Shown in pieces: positions 1-8,913 of a stretch of 64,000 nucleotides of DNA (within the stretch, counting starts at the first letter, position 1; each line of letters opens with the position of its first letter). A program made the position numbers and the translations under genes. The stretch spans positions 3,162 to 67,161 of the IMG/VR virus record IMGVR_UViG_3300025127_000025. One strand, 5' to 3'. A model generated the notes under the pieces. The model had not been told where the DNA came from and made no database searches. It saw only the letters and a program-made list of their open reading frames with translations. Source of the stretch: a virus.

Positions 1-2
1 AT

Positions 3-407
3 ATTACTATAACAAAGAGAGGCGAGCCAAGAGCAGGTTTCATCGCCACTGGTACAAGAGGCAGACTACATTGCGAGGAACTTAGGAAAGTCTTGGATTG
101 TGGTGTTTTACAACTTGACCAGAAAGTGTACAAAGACAGTCAAAGAAGCCAACACAGATTACAGTTCTACTCCAAGGGGGATATCAAAAAATTGCTTGAC
201 AAGATTATGCCTCATCTTCAGATGAAGAAAACTCAGGCAAAAGCAGTGCTTGCCTTTATTGAAGAACCAGACTCTATGAGGAAGGAAGAACTCAAAAGAG
301 TAGTTAGGTACTCGAACTGGAGCGACGACAAGGCAAAGAGCCAGACCCTTCTCGCAGAGTGGGGCGTGAGCGCCGACGACGTCGCTAAATGGCAGGAGGG
401 ATTGTAA
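3..407 (+). CDS. LAGLIDADG homing-endonuclease-like protein, C-terminal part (5' end outside window)
   Basis: The frame is open from position 3 (ITITKRGEPRAGFIATG...EELRKVLDCG...HRLQFYSKGDIKKLLDKIMPHLQMKKTQA). This matches the LAGLIDADG beta-strand/helix pattern and the typical 'lP.L..Kk.Qa' ending. The stop overlaps the portal start (TAATG 405-409). Confidence 0.7.
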   Translation: MTITKRGEPRAGFIATGTRGRLHCEELRKVLDCGVLQLDQKVYKDSQRSQHRLQFYSKGDIKKLLDKIMPHLQMKKTQAKAVLAFIEEPDSMRKEELKRVVRYSNWSDDKAKSQTLLAEWGVSADDVAKWQEGL

Positions 408-2194
408 TGGTTGATGAAGCAGAGAGGGGACCAGTGGGCCGATTTATAGATGCAATAAGGAATCCATTCAGAATCCGTTCTACCCCTCAACCTCAGATGC
501 CTCTCTATACGACTGGTATACAAGAGCCGGTTTTGGCTCAAGGGATAACTATACCCGCGCTTTACGCAGTTTCTCATGAGAATCTTATTCTTAGAACTGT
601 TATCTCAAAATTACAACAAGAGATTTTCAGGAGAGGTTACTACTGGGAAAAGAAGTTTCAGAAGAAATGTGTCGAATGTGATGAAGAGTTTCAATTCAAT
701 GTGGATGTCTGTGATGTCTGTGGTGGCGAGGTGAGGGGTCCTGACCCCCATCAGACCACTTACGCCAAATGGCTGCTGAAGGGGGAGAATCAGATGGAGC
801 AGAGTTTCCTCCAAGTTATGTTTGAGATAGAGAAGGACCTCAATGTGGTTGACGATGCTTTCTTGATATTAGTCAAAGATTACTTTATTGACCCAGACAC
901 AGGAGAGATACAACACTACAGAATCAAGGAGGTTATTCGTGGTGACCCTATCTTCATGAGAATCATATCCGACAAGAGGGGAGTCAGGGGTGGTAGATAC
1001 AAAGTATGCCCAATCCACAGAGACCAAGTTGCTTATCCCGGTCAAGAGGAGAAGTGCACTATATGCGGCAACCAAATGCAGGACGCACACTATGCTAACA
1101 TGGCTGGTAGTGGAAAGACCCAGTACTACCTAGAAGGAGAGGTCATACACATTAGCAAGTATGCACCTAGCAAACTGTATGGAAGGAGCCCAGTCAATAC
1201 CATGTGGAGGCAGGCAATGACCCTCACAGCGATGGACAATTACATGTATACTGCATACCAGAAAAGAAGGACTCCAAAAGGTATCATATCTGTTACCACT
1301 GACAACCTAGAGTCGATGAAGTCCTTCTGGAAGGCAGTTGACGAGAAGATGGAGAGAGACCCGCATTACATACCAAAAGTCGGTATTGAGAGTCAGACCG
1401 GTAGAGGAGGAGTAAACTGGGTCAAGTTCATGGATACTCTTGAAGAGATGCAGTATACTGCTGTAAGAGATGAAATGAGAAACAGGATTGCGGCGTTCTA
1501 TGGAGTTAGTAGTATTTTCATGATAGACAGCGGCAAGAGTGGTGGCCTTGGTAATGAGGGCATGCAGATTCTAGTCACAAACAGAGCAGTAGAGTTCGGT
1601 CAGAAGGTGTATACAGACATACTATTCCCAAGAATGTTACGACAGATGGGTGTTACAGATTGGAAGATTACACTATATCCAAATGAAGAAGAGGATGAGA
1701 TTACTAGACTCAGAAGAGATGAGATGGAAGTCAATCTCGCTCAGAGAATGCAGATGCTAGGATACAAACCCGAACTATTAGAGGAAGGAGACAGGGATAT
1801 CAGGTTCTCCTACAGGAAACTACCACCTGAGGAAGCGATGCCACCGGGTATGCCACCGGGTATGCCACCGGGTATGCCACCGGGTATGCCACCCATGGGT
1901 GCGATGGGCATGCCACCCGGTCAGGCACCTCCGATGATGGGGGGACCTATAGGGGCAACCGGTCTGAATAGACAGGTCCCACCTAATATGCTCAGACAAG
2001 TGATGCCTCCCTCACAACCCGGAGGAGAGGGAGTTGGCATTAGGAGCCCTAGAGGTCCTGCTGCACCTGCACGTAGGTCGACCCCCGGTTCAGGCTCACC
2101 AATATCTTCAGTTCAACAACGGGGCGCGCAGCCCTCGCAACAGGAGCAAAATAGTCGTGCTTTAATGAATGCGAGACGGTTTCGGGGTGCATAA
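407..2194 (+). CDS. portal protein with two Zn-ribbon insertions and a Pro/Gly/Met-rich C-terminal tail
   Basis: Portal-like motifs (EVIHISKY...LYGRSP, TPKGII, RNRIAAFYGVS) and first position in the head module. Start placed at ATG 407 (GGAGG at 395-399, TAATG coupling). Confidence 0.85.
   Translation: MVDEAERGPVGRFIDAIRNPFRIRSTPQPQMPLYTTGIQEPVLAQGITIPALYAVSHENLILRTVISKLQQEIFRRGYYWEKKFQKKCVECDEEFQFNVDVCDVCGGEVRGPDPHQTTYAKWLLKGENQMEQSFLQVMFEIEKDLNVVDDAFLILVKDYFIDPDTGEIQHYRIKEVIRGDPIFMRIISDKRGVRGGRYKVCPIHRDQVAYPGQEEKCTICGNQMQDAHYANMAGSGKTQYYLEGEVIHISKYAPSKLYGRSPVNTMWRQAMTLTAMDNYMYTAYQKRRTPKGIISVTTDNLESMKSFWKAVDEKMERDPHYIPKVGIESQTGRGGVNWVKFMDTLEEMQYTAVRDEMRNRIAAFYGVSSIFMIDSGKSGGLGNEGMQILVTNRAVEFGQKVYTDILFPRMLRQMGVTDWKITLYPNEEEDEITRLRRDEMEVNLAQRMQMLGYKPELLEEGDRDIRFSYRKLPPEEAMPPGMPPGMPPGMPPGMPPMGAMGMPPGQAPPMMGGPIGATGLNRQVPPNMLRQVMPPSQPGGEGVGIRSPRGPAAPARRSTPGSGSPISSVQQRGAQPSQQEQNSRALMNARRFRGA
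1838..1894 (+). repeat. 12-bp tandem repeat ATGCCACCGGGT x4 plus a partial copy, encoding (MPPG)n
   Basis: Exact units at 1838, 1850, 1862 and 1874; partial unit at 1886. Confidence 0.95.
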
Positions 2195-2232
2195 TTAAAA
2201 GTCGTGACGTTTACGAGCGGGGCGAGATTACC

Positions 2233-2598
2233 ATGGACTTAGTCAAGATGCACCCTATGGCAAGAAAAATGAACGTACATAATGAGGCCTTTGCCAAGGC
2301 CATAGAAGCGGGGGAACCAGAGGCAGCAAGAATGCACCTTTCTGAAATAAAGAAACTCAGTTCCTACCTAGAGGAGGACCTTGTATACGCAATCAAAAAA
2401 GCAGAGGAGGCTGCATCTGACCCTCTGACTGTCTATGCTAATGCTGTACCAACTGCCTCTTTCAATGAAACAGGCTCTAACTTTGACCCATCACAGAGGG
2501 ATGTACAACTACCCGGAACAATATTCGCCGCTCGCAACAACTCTAACATGATGAAGGCTAGAAGCACATTTGGAAGATACGTCGGACCCGGTGAGTGA
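2233..2598 (+). CDS. hypothetical head-module protein (121 aa)
   Basis: ORF between portal and protease; contains FAKA, IKKA and MMKA motifs. Confidence 0.75.
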   Translation: MDLVKMHPMARKMNVHNEAFAKAIEAGEPEAARMHLSEIKKLSSYLEEDLVYAIKKAEEAASDPLTVYANAVPTASFNETGSNFDPSQRDVQLPGTIFAARNNSNMMKARSTFGRYVGPGE

Positions 2599-2603
2599 AA
2601 CTG

Positions 2604-2945
2604 ATGGAAGAAAACGGCGCCGAGAAACTAATGAACACTCTCATCTCAAAGATGGAGAGCATGGATAATGACGTTCAGGTTCTAAAGGCAGAGAACGCCG
2701 CTATGAGGAGATTGATTAACTCTCCAGAGGCATTATTCAGAAAAGCAGGTTTTGTCTCGGCTAGAACCCCACTTAGTGAGGATGTCGACTATGACCCACT
2801 ACGTGGTGACTTACCAGTTAACAGCGCCAATGCAATCATTAAATCAGATAGCCAAGACTTCACTAACGAAGAGATTCACAACTTAACTTGGTCAGAAATC
2901 CATGAGATGGCTGAGCAAACCAGAGAAGTAAAGGAGTTGTATTGA
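2604..2945 (+). CDS. putative mini-scaffold/internal head protein
   Basis: Coiled-coil N-terminus. C-terminal FTNEEIHNLTWSEIHEMA resembles the protease C-terminus STDDLAKMSWSEVHNLA. Start is ATG 2604 or GTG 2595. Confidence 0.7.
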   Translation: MEENGAEKLMNTLISKMESMDNDVQVLKAENAAMRRLINSPEALFRKAGFVSARTPLSEDVDYDPLRGDLPVNSANAIIKSDSQDFTNEEIHNLTWSEIHEMAEQTREVKELY

Positions 2946-2946
2946 G

Positions 2947-3537
2947 ATGAGACCCATACCAAGCCCAGCCTCCAATGAGGCATTTAACCTGCTAAAGAGA
3001 GCCCAAAGCCTACTTGAGAAGGCTGAGAAACTTGACATGGTCGAGCATGAGGGTAAGAAAGTTCCATCATTCGCAGCAGATGGCAAGGGTGCTAAGGATG
3101 AAACTAAGAAAGGCAGTGGCAAATGCCCATCCTGTGGTGGTAAAATGGACATGGAGAAGGGCATGTGCATGAAGATGGGTTGCATGGGCAAGGCATCGGT
3201 TGATATGAAGAAAGGCAGTGGCAAATGCCCATCCTGTGGTGAGAAGTTGGAAAAGGGCATGTGTAAGATGGGTTGCATGGGTAAGACGGCGGTCGATATG
3301 AAGAAAGGCTCACAACACAAGATACAGACCTTCAACACAAAACCTGAGTCAACTCAATTTATGATTGAGACCGGTGGCAACACATACCATCAACAATACA
3401 GCACCAACAACAGTCTACTAGATTCAGAAGACGTTGCTAACAAAGGCGCATCTTCATCCACTGTAAACCTAGAGTCTTTGAATAGAAACCAGAATCCACA
3501 TGATACCCCTGCACCCGGTCACCTGACAGAGGGATAA
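2947..3537 (+). CDS. hypothetical head-module protein with duplicated Cys/Met/Lys-rich CPSCG module
   Basis: Two copies of KKGSGKCPSCG..(M/L)EKGMC.(M)KMGCMGK; many K-G/K-A sites. Confidence 0.75.
   Translation: MRPIPSPASNEAFNLLKRAQSLLEKAEKLDMVEHEGKKVPSFAADGKGAKDETKKGSGKCPSCGGKMDMEKGMCMKMGCMGKASVDMKKGSGKCPSCGEKLEKGMCKMGCMGKTAVDMKKGSQHKIQTFNTKPESTQFMIETGGNTYHQQYSTNNSLLDSEDVANKGASSSTVNLESLNRNQNPHDTPAPGHLTEG
3106..3241 (+). repeat. 34-bp exact direct repeat (3106-3139 and 3208-3241), period 102 bp
   Basis: AAGAAAGGCAGTGGCAAATGCCCATCCTGTGGTG occurs twice; a third partial copy (GATATGAAGAAAGGC) lies near 3295. Confidence 0.9.
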
Positions 3538-3539
3538 AC

Positions 3540-3686
3540 ATGGGCAAGATAGCAGTAATCAAGGCACCAGCCGTAATGAGTCCTTGCGCAAGGTGTGGTG
3601 CAAATGCATACGAAGGTTGTAAACTACCCGGCCATGATGGGATGAGTTTAAGCCAATGCGCACAATATGCACCGGCAATGAGGTGA
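3540..3686 (+). CDS. 48-aa Cys-rich microprotein (not in ORF track)
   Basis: MGKIAVIKAPAVMSPCARCGANAYEGCKLPGHDGMSLSQCAQYAPAMR*. It fills the gap between neighbouring genes, follows GAGGG, and has a CxxC...C...C pattern. Confidence 0.7.
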   Translation: MGKIAVIKAPAVMSPCARCGANAYEGCKLPGHDGMSLSQCAQYAPAMR

Positions 3687-3698
3687 GAAGGTGATTAA

Positions 3699-6600
3699 GT
3701 GCGTGAGGATGGTCTAGAAGTTCTTGAAAGGAACAGAATAGACCTCCTTAAGTCAATAACACTTGGATATGATTACGAGGAAGAAGCAGGTCATTACCTC
3801 CTCTCTGTTGACAACATCATACGTTCAGGTATAGACTATGAGGCCACGAACGACGATTTACTCTGTTTAAAGGCTGCCACTGATATCCTAAAACAAAGGC
3901 TATCACCAAACGAATTAATTCAGATGCTTGAGGGCGATGAGCGTAGATTCGCTAGCCTGCCAGAGGTTAGGCAGGCAGAGCAGAGTAGAAGAAAAAAAAG
4001 AGAATTTGACCTTGGGGAAAGGAATCTCTCTAGGCTTCTATCTCAGTATGTGACCAGTCACCCCTATGCGATACCTGAGGTTGATGAAAGTGGACAAGTA
4101 ATAGGGATGAAGGACAGAATAACCGGTAATCACGACATTGGTATGGCGCATGGTGAATGGCCCGGTGCCAGACCTGACGCTGAAGAAAACTATCCTGTTC
4201 ATCATCCATTTCACGAGGATGTTCACCCTTTAAGAATGAAGAACGTCGTTACCGGTAGGCCCACCTATGAGTCTATGCTCTTTGAGAAGTACTTTGGCCA
4301 CGATAGTACACCTTGGTGGAAAGACGACTTTCATGAGAAAATGGCAGAGGCTCCTGAGAAAGAGGAGATTTTTGCCAATCAAGCCATGAGAGCCGAGGAC
4401 GCTCACGAGAAGCATCACAGGAAAATAGGCTCTCCGATTTACGATAGCGTCGATAGACGTGAAGGTGAGAGAGCCTTCTCCTTCTTTGGTGGTCCGAAGT
4501 CAAAAGACGCAGATAGCCCGTACGACCACATGGAGACTACCCGTATGCTTGACTTTGACAGATGGACAAAAGAGGAGGGTACTGATATGACTGCTCTTGA
4601 GGAAAAATTCTCTGGACTATCGGAAGAAAACAAGGAGAGAGCGATGCAGATGCAGCACTTCAAAGACAGGATGGACAAGATGTCAAGAGGTGGCACTGTC
4701 ACTACGACTGTCAAACCTACTGAGGGTTTATCCGAGCAAGAGGCGGCTGACCTCAGGACTCAGAATCCAGAGGCCGCTGAGCCATATAGCATGAAACACA
4801 GCCACTCCATGGGTTGGAACACTCTGATGAAAGGCTTGTACTTCTTAAAGCCAGAAGACCGAACTAGGATACTCCAACATCTCGATGAACACGGGAGCGA
4901 TGACCCTGAACGTCAATTAGTCAAGTTGTCCGATGGTAAGGAGTTCCCTATGACTAGACTCAAGAAGAACCTAGAGATGAACGCTGGGGCTGAGTACCAC
5001 TGGTTCAGCAGGAATCAAAAGTCAGGACCCGCTAATGTGCCAAAGACCATAGAATCCGAAGATGATTCAAAATTCAAAGGCACTGAGGGTGGTATGGCAA
5101 CTGCTCTGAGAGAGGCAAAACTCCACGATAAGTTATTGCAGTCACTAAACTCAGTGCTCAATAAAAACGCAGAAGACCCTGATGAGATTACACAGTTGAG
5201 TGAATTGTTCGCCCATGATGATGTAAACCACGATTATGTCAAAGCACATTTGGAGACGAGTGATTCTCCAGCAGAGGGATTTCTGTCTCATGCTAACAGG
5301 TCAAATCAGGCGCAACTATCCAGAGACGGATTTCTGAGTCTCGCCGGGTACGACAGTGAACTGAATGAACTAAATGAACATCCGACTATCCCCGGTGAGT
5401 TATATGAAGGGCCTCTATTGCCCAAGGATGACGTTGAAAAAGCACTGAAGCGATATGACGCAAGTGTCTCTCTGGGTATGCAGTCCAAGAATATCAAGAA
5501 TGCAAAGGGATTCCTAAGGTCGGGCCATGCGCCACCTAGAGCATCCGACTTACCAGATGGTCATGATGACCATTACATCTTCATGGATGGTAAGAGAAGG
5601 GGTTTGAGTCACTTGATGACCAAGTACTTCGGTGATAGGGGCGGTCTTGGTAAGGACCCAGCAACGTACAACGAGTTCCTCTCTAAGTACCTCACATTCG
5701 CAGGCTCTGATAAATCCATTCTCAGTAACGACAACGTCGGTGCATACGGAGGTCTGCTAATCAGCCCCCTTATGTCTGAGCAATCAACTCCCCTAACACC
5801 TGCACAGATATCGACTAGACACGGTGTTTCAAAAAGAACTGTCGGTAAACGCGGTAAAAGCAGAAGCGCTCATAACAACTACACGGATGACTTGACGACT
5901 TACTTCCCAGAACTCATGGCGAGCCTCCATGATGAGTTACCCACTGAGGACACTCATTTTCAAGACAGGAAGTTCAATAGAGAGACTGCGGCAGACTTCC
6001 AACAAAGCCACCCCTTTGCTGGTGTAGGTTCCACAAGGGGCGATGCCTCATTAATGAACAGGGGAGCAGCCGCTCATAGATTGGATTACGCTCTTAACAG
6101 GAGCAGAAACAACCCTGCTAATCCCTCAAACACGCTTGTGAACACTCATGAAGATTTACTTAATAATCCAGATTTAGGACCAAGGCCTGACCGTCATACT
6201 GATTATCTTGCGTTAGTTGGTGAAAAGAAAAATATTGAAGAAACTCAAAAATTTAGGAACATCCTAAGCGAGATGCTGGAAGTAGAGGCCCGTATCAGCC
6301 AAATCGAATCTGGTGAGATACCCACAAGGAACAGACAAGCGGAATTGAGGATTCTCAGGGGTGACATGGAACGACTTAGAGCCGCTCAAGAAAATATAGA
6401 GATGAGTCAACTTTCCGGTGGCAGTAGTGGAGGTGCACTGTTTGATAGAAATGCCAGAGATTTCTCCGAAAAACTGGAGGCTGACTTAATGGCAAAAGCA
6501 GCATACGCTAGAACTAAGTTACTACCACAGATACTCAAGGAGAACCCTGATGCCTTCAACACTGACGACCCTGTCACTGCGATGGCTAACATCATGCGCT

Positions 6601-8855
6601 TGGCTTATGACGCTAGTCGTGGTTTAATGGTGGACGGTGACCATGACCTCTCTACTATGGGTTATCATGAGAGGGAGGAGACGAGGGACAGTCTGGAGCA
6701 GGTGCTGCAAAACAGAGGGCAGGAGTCCCCACACAAGCAACTAGCAACCACACTCAGGGACAACGCTGTTGAGTTGAATCCTGACATGAGTGTCGATGAG
6801 GCCATGAAACTACTTGAGATGCCAGACAGTGACAACGATGCCCATAGGTCCCAAGTTGAGGAGATGCTGGGTAAATTAGTTGGTCCCACTAAAGCCGCCA
6901 CATTTGGACAGATACTGCGCATGGGTGAAGACATCGCTGGTCGAGACTTCTCACAGTTCAAGGACATAGACAGACCAATGAGGGAGCATATCGAAGATTT
7001 CGAGGAGCATCCGTTTTCCAAAGACTCTGTCCCATTGAACAGAGGGCTTCCCGAATATGCAGCGATGAACGTGCTCAGTCAGTTAGGACAATCAGCGCTT
7101 AGGTCCAGAGGTGACTTAACGACCTATGGGTTGCAGATGCATCCTCATCCATTACCCCCTAGAGGTAAAGCAAGTCGAGGCGCTTTGCCCATGTGGGCCT
7201 CATCAAAAAGAACGAAAGCATACCACCAAGCGATGTCAAATGGCATCTACACATTTGATGAGGGGCAATCCGGTCCTCTGGAAGATGCCAGTGCTGGTGG
7301 TGTTACAAAACCAGCCCATGGTAAGATGACCGTGCCAATAAGACCAGCATCCAGTCTAGAGGGCAACACAGTGGTCCCGGCTTTTAACTCAGGTATGATG
7401 GACCACGGATACCCTATGTCACCGACCATTGGTCATGAGTTTGACTCACAAGGTAATCCCATTGTTGGTACCAACATGCCGGATGAGCAATTGCTAAACT
7501 CAGTCAGCGTGCCTTGGATGCAGGCTCTCTTTCAAAACAATCCGGGGTATGTCGATGAACTGCTTACCAGTCCCGGCCTATCACAAATCTCTGCTTTGCA
7601 AAACAATCAGATGAGAATAAACCAAAATAGCGGTATGGCGGCGGTTGATGATTTCTATCAGGTTGGAAAAATGCTGAAGGCAGAACTACCTAAGGAACTG
7701 CCACTCATTGACCCGCTTCACAGAATATTTGAGATTGAGGACATGGAGCAACTACGAGGCTTTACCGGCGAATGGGTCATATCGAAGTATCACGATGGCA
7801 AGAGAGTGAAAGTTAAGAGAAAGGGAAAAAGAATAGACATCACTGATGAGGATGGCGAGAAAGTTGGTGTCGATGATGAGATGAGAGCATCACTCAGGAA
7901 AGTCTGTGAGAGGGACTATGTCATTGATTGCACTATAGTTGGTGATGATTTGCACATAAACGACATAATGCTGTACGAGGAGACTGATGTAACTGACCTC
8001 ACCACTAGAGAGCGAGTCAAATTATTGAGAGGACAGTTTGAAAGTCATGAGCCTGTTCATGTCCCTAGTCCCGAATCCATACGTGTCACTGATGAGGTTG
8101 GTTTCGAGGATGCTATCAAGGACCTCGGTGGTGATGGGCAAAAATTACTCTTGAGAGATGCTAAGTCCACGTACATGAAGGGAGAGGAGAGGCATCCAAA
8201 ATGGGTCCTATTAGCAAAGGCGGAGGAAGACATACACATCCCCTTTGCCATGGAGATTGACAGAGGCCATTTCATCATACACTTACCGGAGGACTTGGTA
8301 AAGTATGAGATAGTGAATAACGAGCCAGTAAATCCCATGGCTGCCATAGGTAGTGTAACCAAGTCAGATTATTCCCTGAAACTCGCTAACAGTCTAGAAC
8401 CCTATTGGCGACAAGGTTTCAATGAATTGCTGAAAGAGGAGTTAGACATATCAGATTTAGAAGAAGACAAGGTTGACGAGGGTATGACTGATGAGCGTGC
8501 CCGTAGAATAGAAAATCAGAGTAATGGTTTGCTAAAACCCAAGAAAGACAAGAATATCCTGCTGAAACCAAAAGACACCCTGAAGGCTCTGCTAGTAATG
8601 GAGAAAGCATTGGAGGCTTTGGAAAAAGCAGGTAGCGGTCATTATCCTATGAGTGGTGGCAGAGCATTGGGAATAGACGTCGGTTCTGACATTGCCAGCC
8701 CTAGAGGCCCGACCAGTCTAACTTCTGAGCATGCTATCCCCGATTGGGATATGAAAGAAAGGCCCGAGGAAGACCCAGAAAAGCCGTCCGACTATCCTAA
8801 GAAACCTAAGGAAAAGAAGGAAAAGGAAGAGCAGTACGACGATTCTGACGTATGA
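3699..8855 (+). CDS. large putative internal virion protein (1718 aa) with a degenerate ATP-dependent ligase-type nucleotidyltransferase domain near the C-terminus
   Basis: Long ORF preceded by AGGTGA. At about 7680-8220: WVISKYHDGKRV, YVIDC, LHINDIM, TTRERVKLL, LLLRDAKSTYMKG.ERHPKW, i.e. ligase motifs I, III, IIIa, IV and V in order. Confidence 0.75.
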   Translation: MREDGLEVLERNRIDLLKSITLGYDYEEEAGHYLLSVDNIIRSGIDYEATNDDLLCLKAATDILKQRLSPNELIQMLEGDERRFASLPEVRQAEQSRRKKREFDLGERNLSRLLSQYVTSHPYAIPEVDESGQVIGMKDRITGNHDIGMAHGEWPGARPDAEENYPVHHPFHEDVHPLRMKNVVTGRPTYESMLFEKYFGHDSTPWWKDDFHEKMAEAPEKEEIFANQAMRAEDAHEKHHRKIGSPIYDSVDRREGERAFSFFGGPKSKDADSPYDHMETTRMLDFDRWTKEEGTDMTALEEKFSGLSEENKERAMQMQHFKDRMDKMSRGGTVTTTVKPTEGLSEQEAADLRTQNPEAAEPYSMKHSHSMGWNTLMKGLYFLKPEDRTRILQHLDEHGSDDPERQLVKLSDGKEFPMTRLKKNLEMNAGAEYHWFSRNQKSGPANVPKTIESEDDSKFKGTEGGMATALREAKLHDKLLQSLNSVLNKNAEDPDEITQLSELFAHDDVNHDYVKAHLETSDSPAEGFLSHANRSNQAQLSRDGFLSLAGYDSELNELNEHPTIPGELYEGPLLPKDDVEKALKRYDASVSLGMQSKNIKNAKGFLRSGHAPPRASDLPDGHDDHYIFMDGKRRGLSHLMTKYFGDRGGLGKDPATYNEFLSKYLTFAGSDKSILSNDNVGAYGGLLISPLMSEQSTPLTPAQISTRHGVSKRTVGKRGKSRSAHNNYTDDLTTYFPELMASLHDELPTEDTHFQDRKFNRETAADFQQSHPFAGVGSTRGDASLMNRGAAAHRLDYALNRSRNNPANPSNTLVNTHEDLLNNPDLGPRPDRHTDYLALVGEKKNIEETQKFRNILSEMLEVEARISQIESGEIPTRNRQAELRILRGDMERLRAAQENIEMSQLSGGSSGGALFDRNARDFSEKLEADLMAKAAYARTKLLPQILKENPDAFNTDDPVTAMANIMRLAYDASRGLMVDGDHDLSTMGYHEREETRDSLEQVLQNRGQESPHKQLATTLRDNAVELNPDMSVDEAMKLLEMPDSDNDAHRSQVEEMLGKLVGPTKAATFGQILRMGEDIAGRDFSQFKDIDRPMREHIEDFEEHPFSKDSVPLNRGLPEYAAMNVLSQLGQSALRSRGDLTTYGLQMHPHPLPPRGKASRGALPMWASSKRTKAYHQAMSNGIYTFDEGQSGPLEDASAGGVTKPAHGKMTVPIRPASSLEGNTVVPAFNSGMMDHGYPMSPTIGHEFDSQGNPIVGTNMPDEQLLNSVSVPWMQALFQNNPGYVDELLTSPGLSQISALQNNQMRINQNSGMAAVDDFYQVGKMLKAELPKELPLIDPLHRIFEIEDMEQLRGFTGEWVISKYHDGKRVKVKRKGKRIDITDEDGEKVGVDDEMRASLRKVCERDYVIDCTIVGDDLHINDIMLYEETDVTDLTTRERVKLLRGQFESHEPVHVPSPESIRVTDEVGFEDAIKDLGGDGQKLLLRDAKSTYMKGEERHPKWVLLAKAEEDIHIPFAMEIDRGHFIIHLPEDLVKYEIVNNEPVNPMAAIGSVTKSDYSLKLANSLEPYWRQGFNELLKEELDISDLEEDKVDEGMTDERARRIENQSNGLLKPKKDKNILLKPKDTLKALLVMEKALEALEKAGSGHYPMSGGRALGIDVGSDIASPRGPTSLTSEHAIPDWDMKERPEEDPEKPSDYPKKPKEKKEKEEQYDDSDV

Positions 8856-8880
8856 AACCTTGTAGTTAGTACTGCGAGCG

Positions 8881-8890
8881 GTATAAGTAG
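8881..8890 (+). promoter_or_regulatory. putative archaeal TATA box for a leaderless protease/capsid transcript
   Basis: GTATAAGTAG about 25-32 nt upstream of GTG 8914, in a short intergenic gap with no SD. Confidence 0.5.
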
Positions 8891-8913
8891 TATGACAAAC
8901 CAACGCAGGGCTA

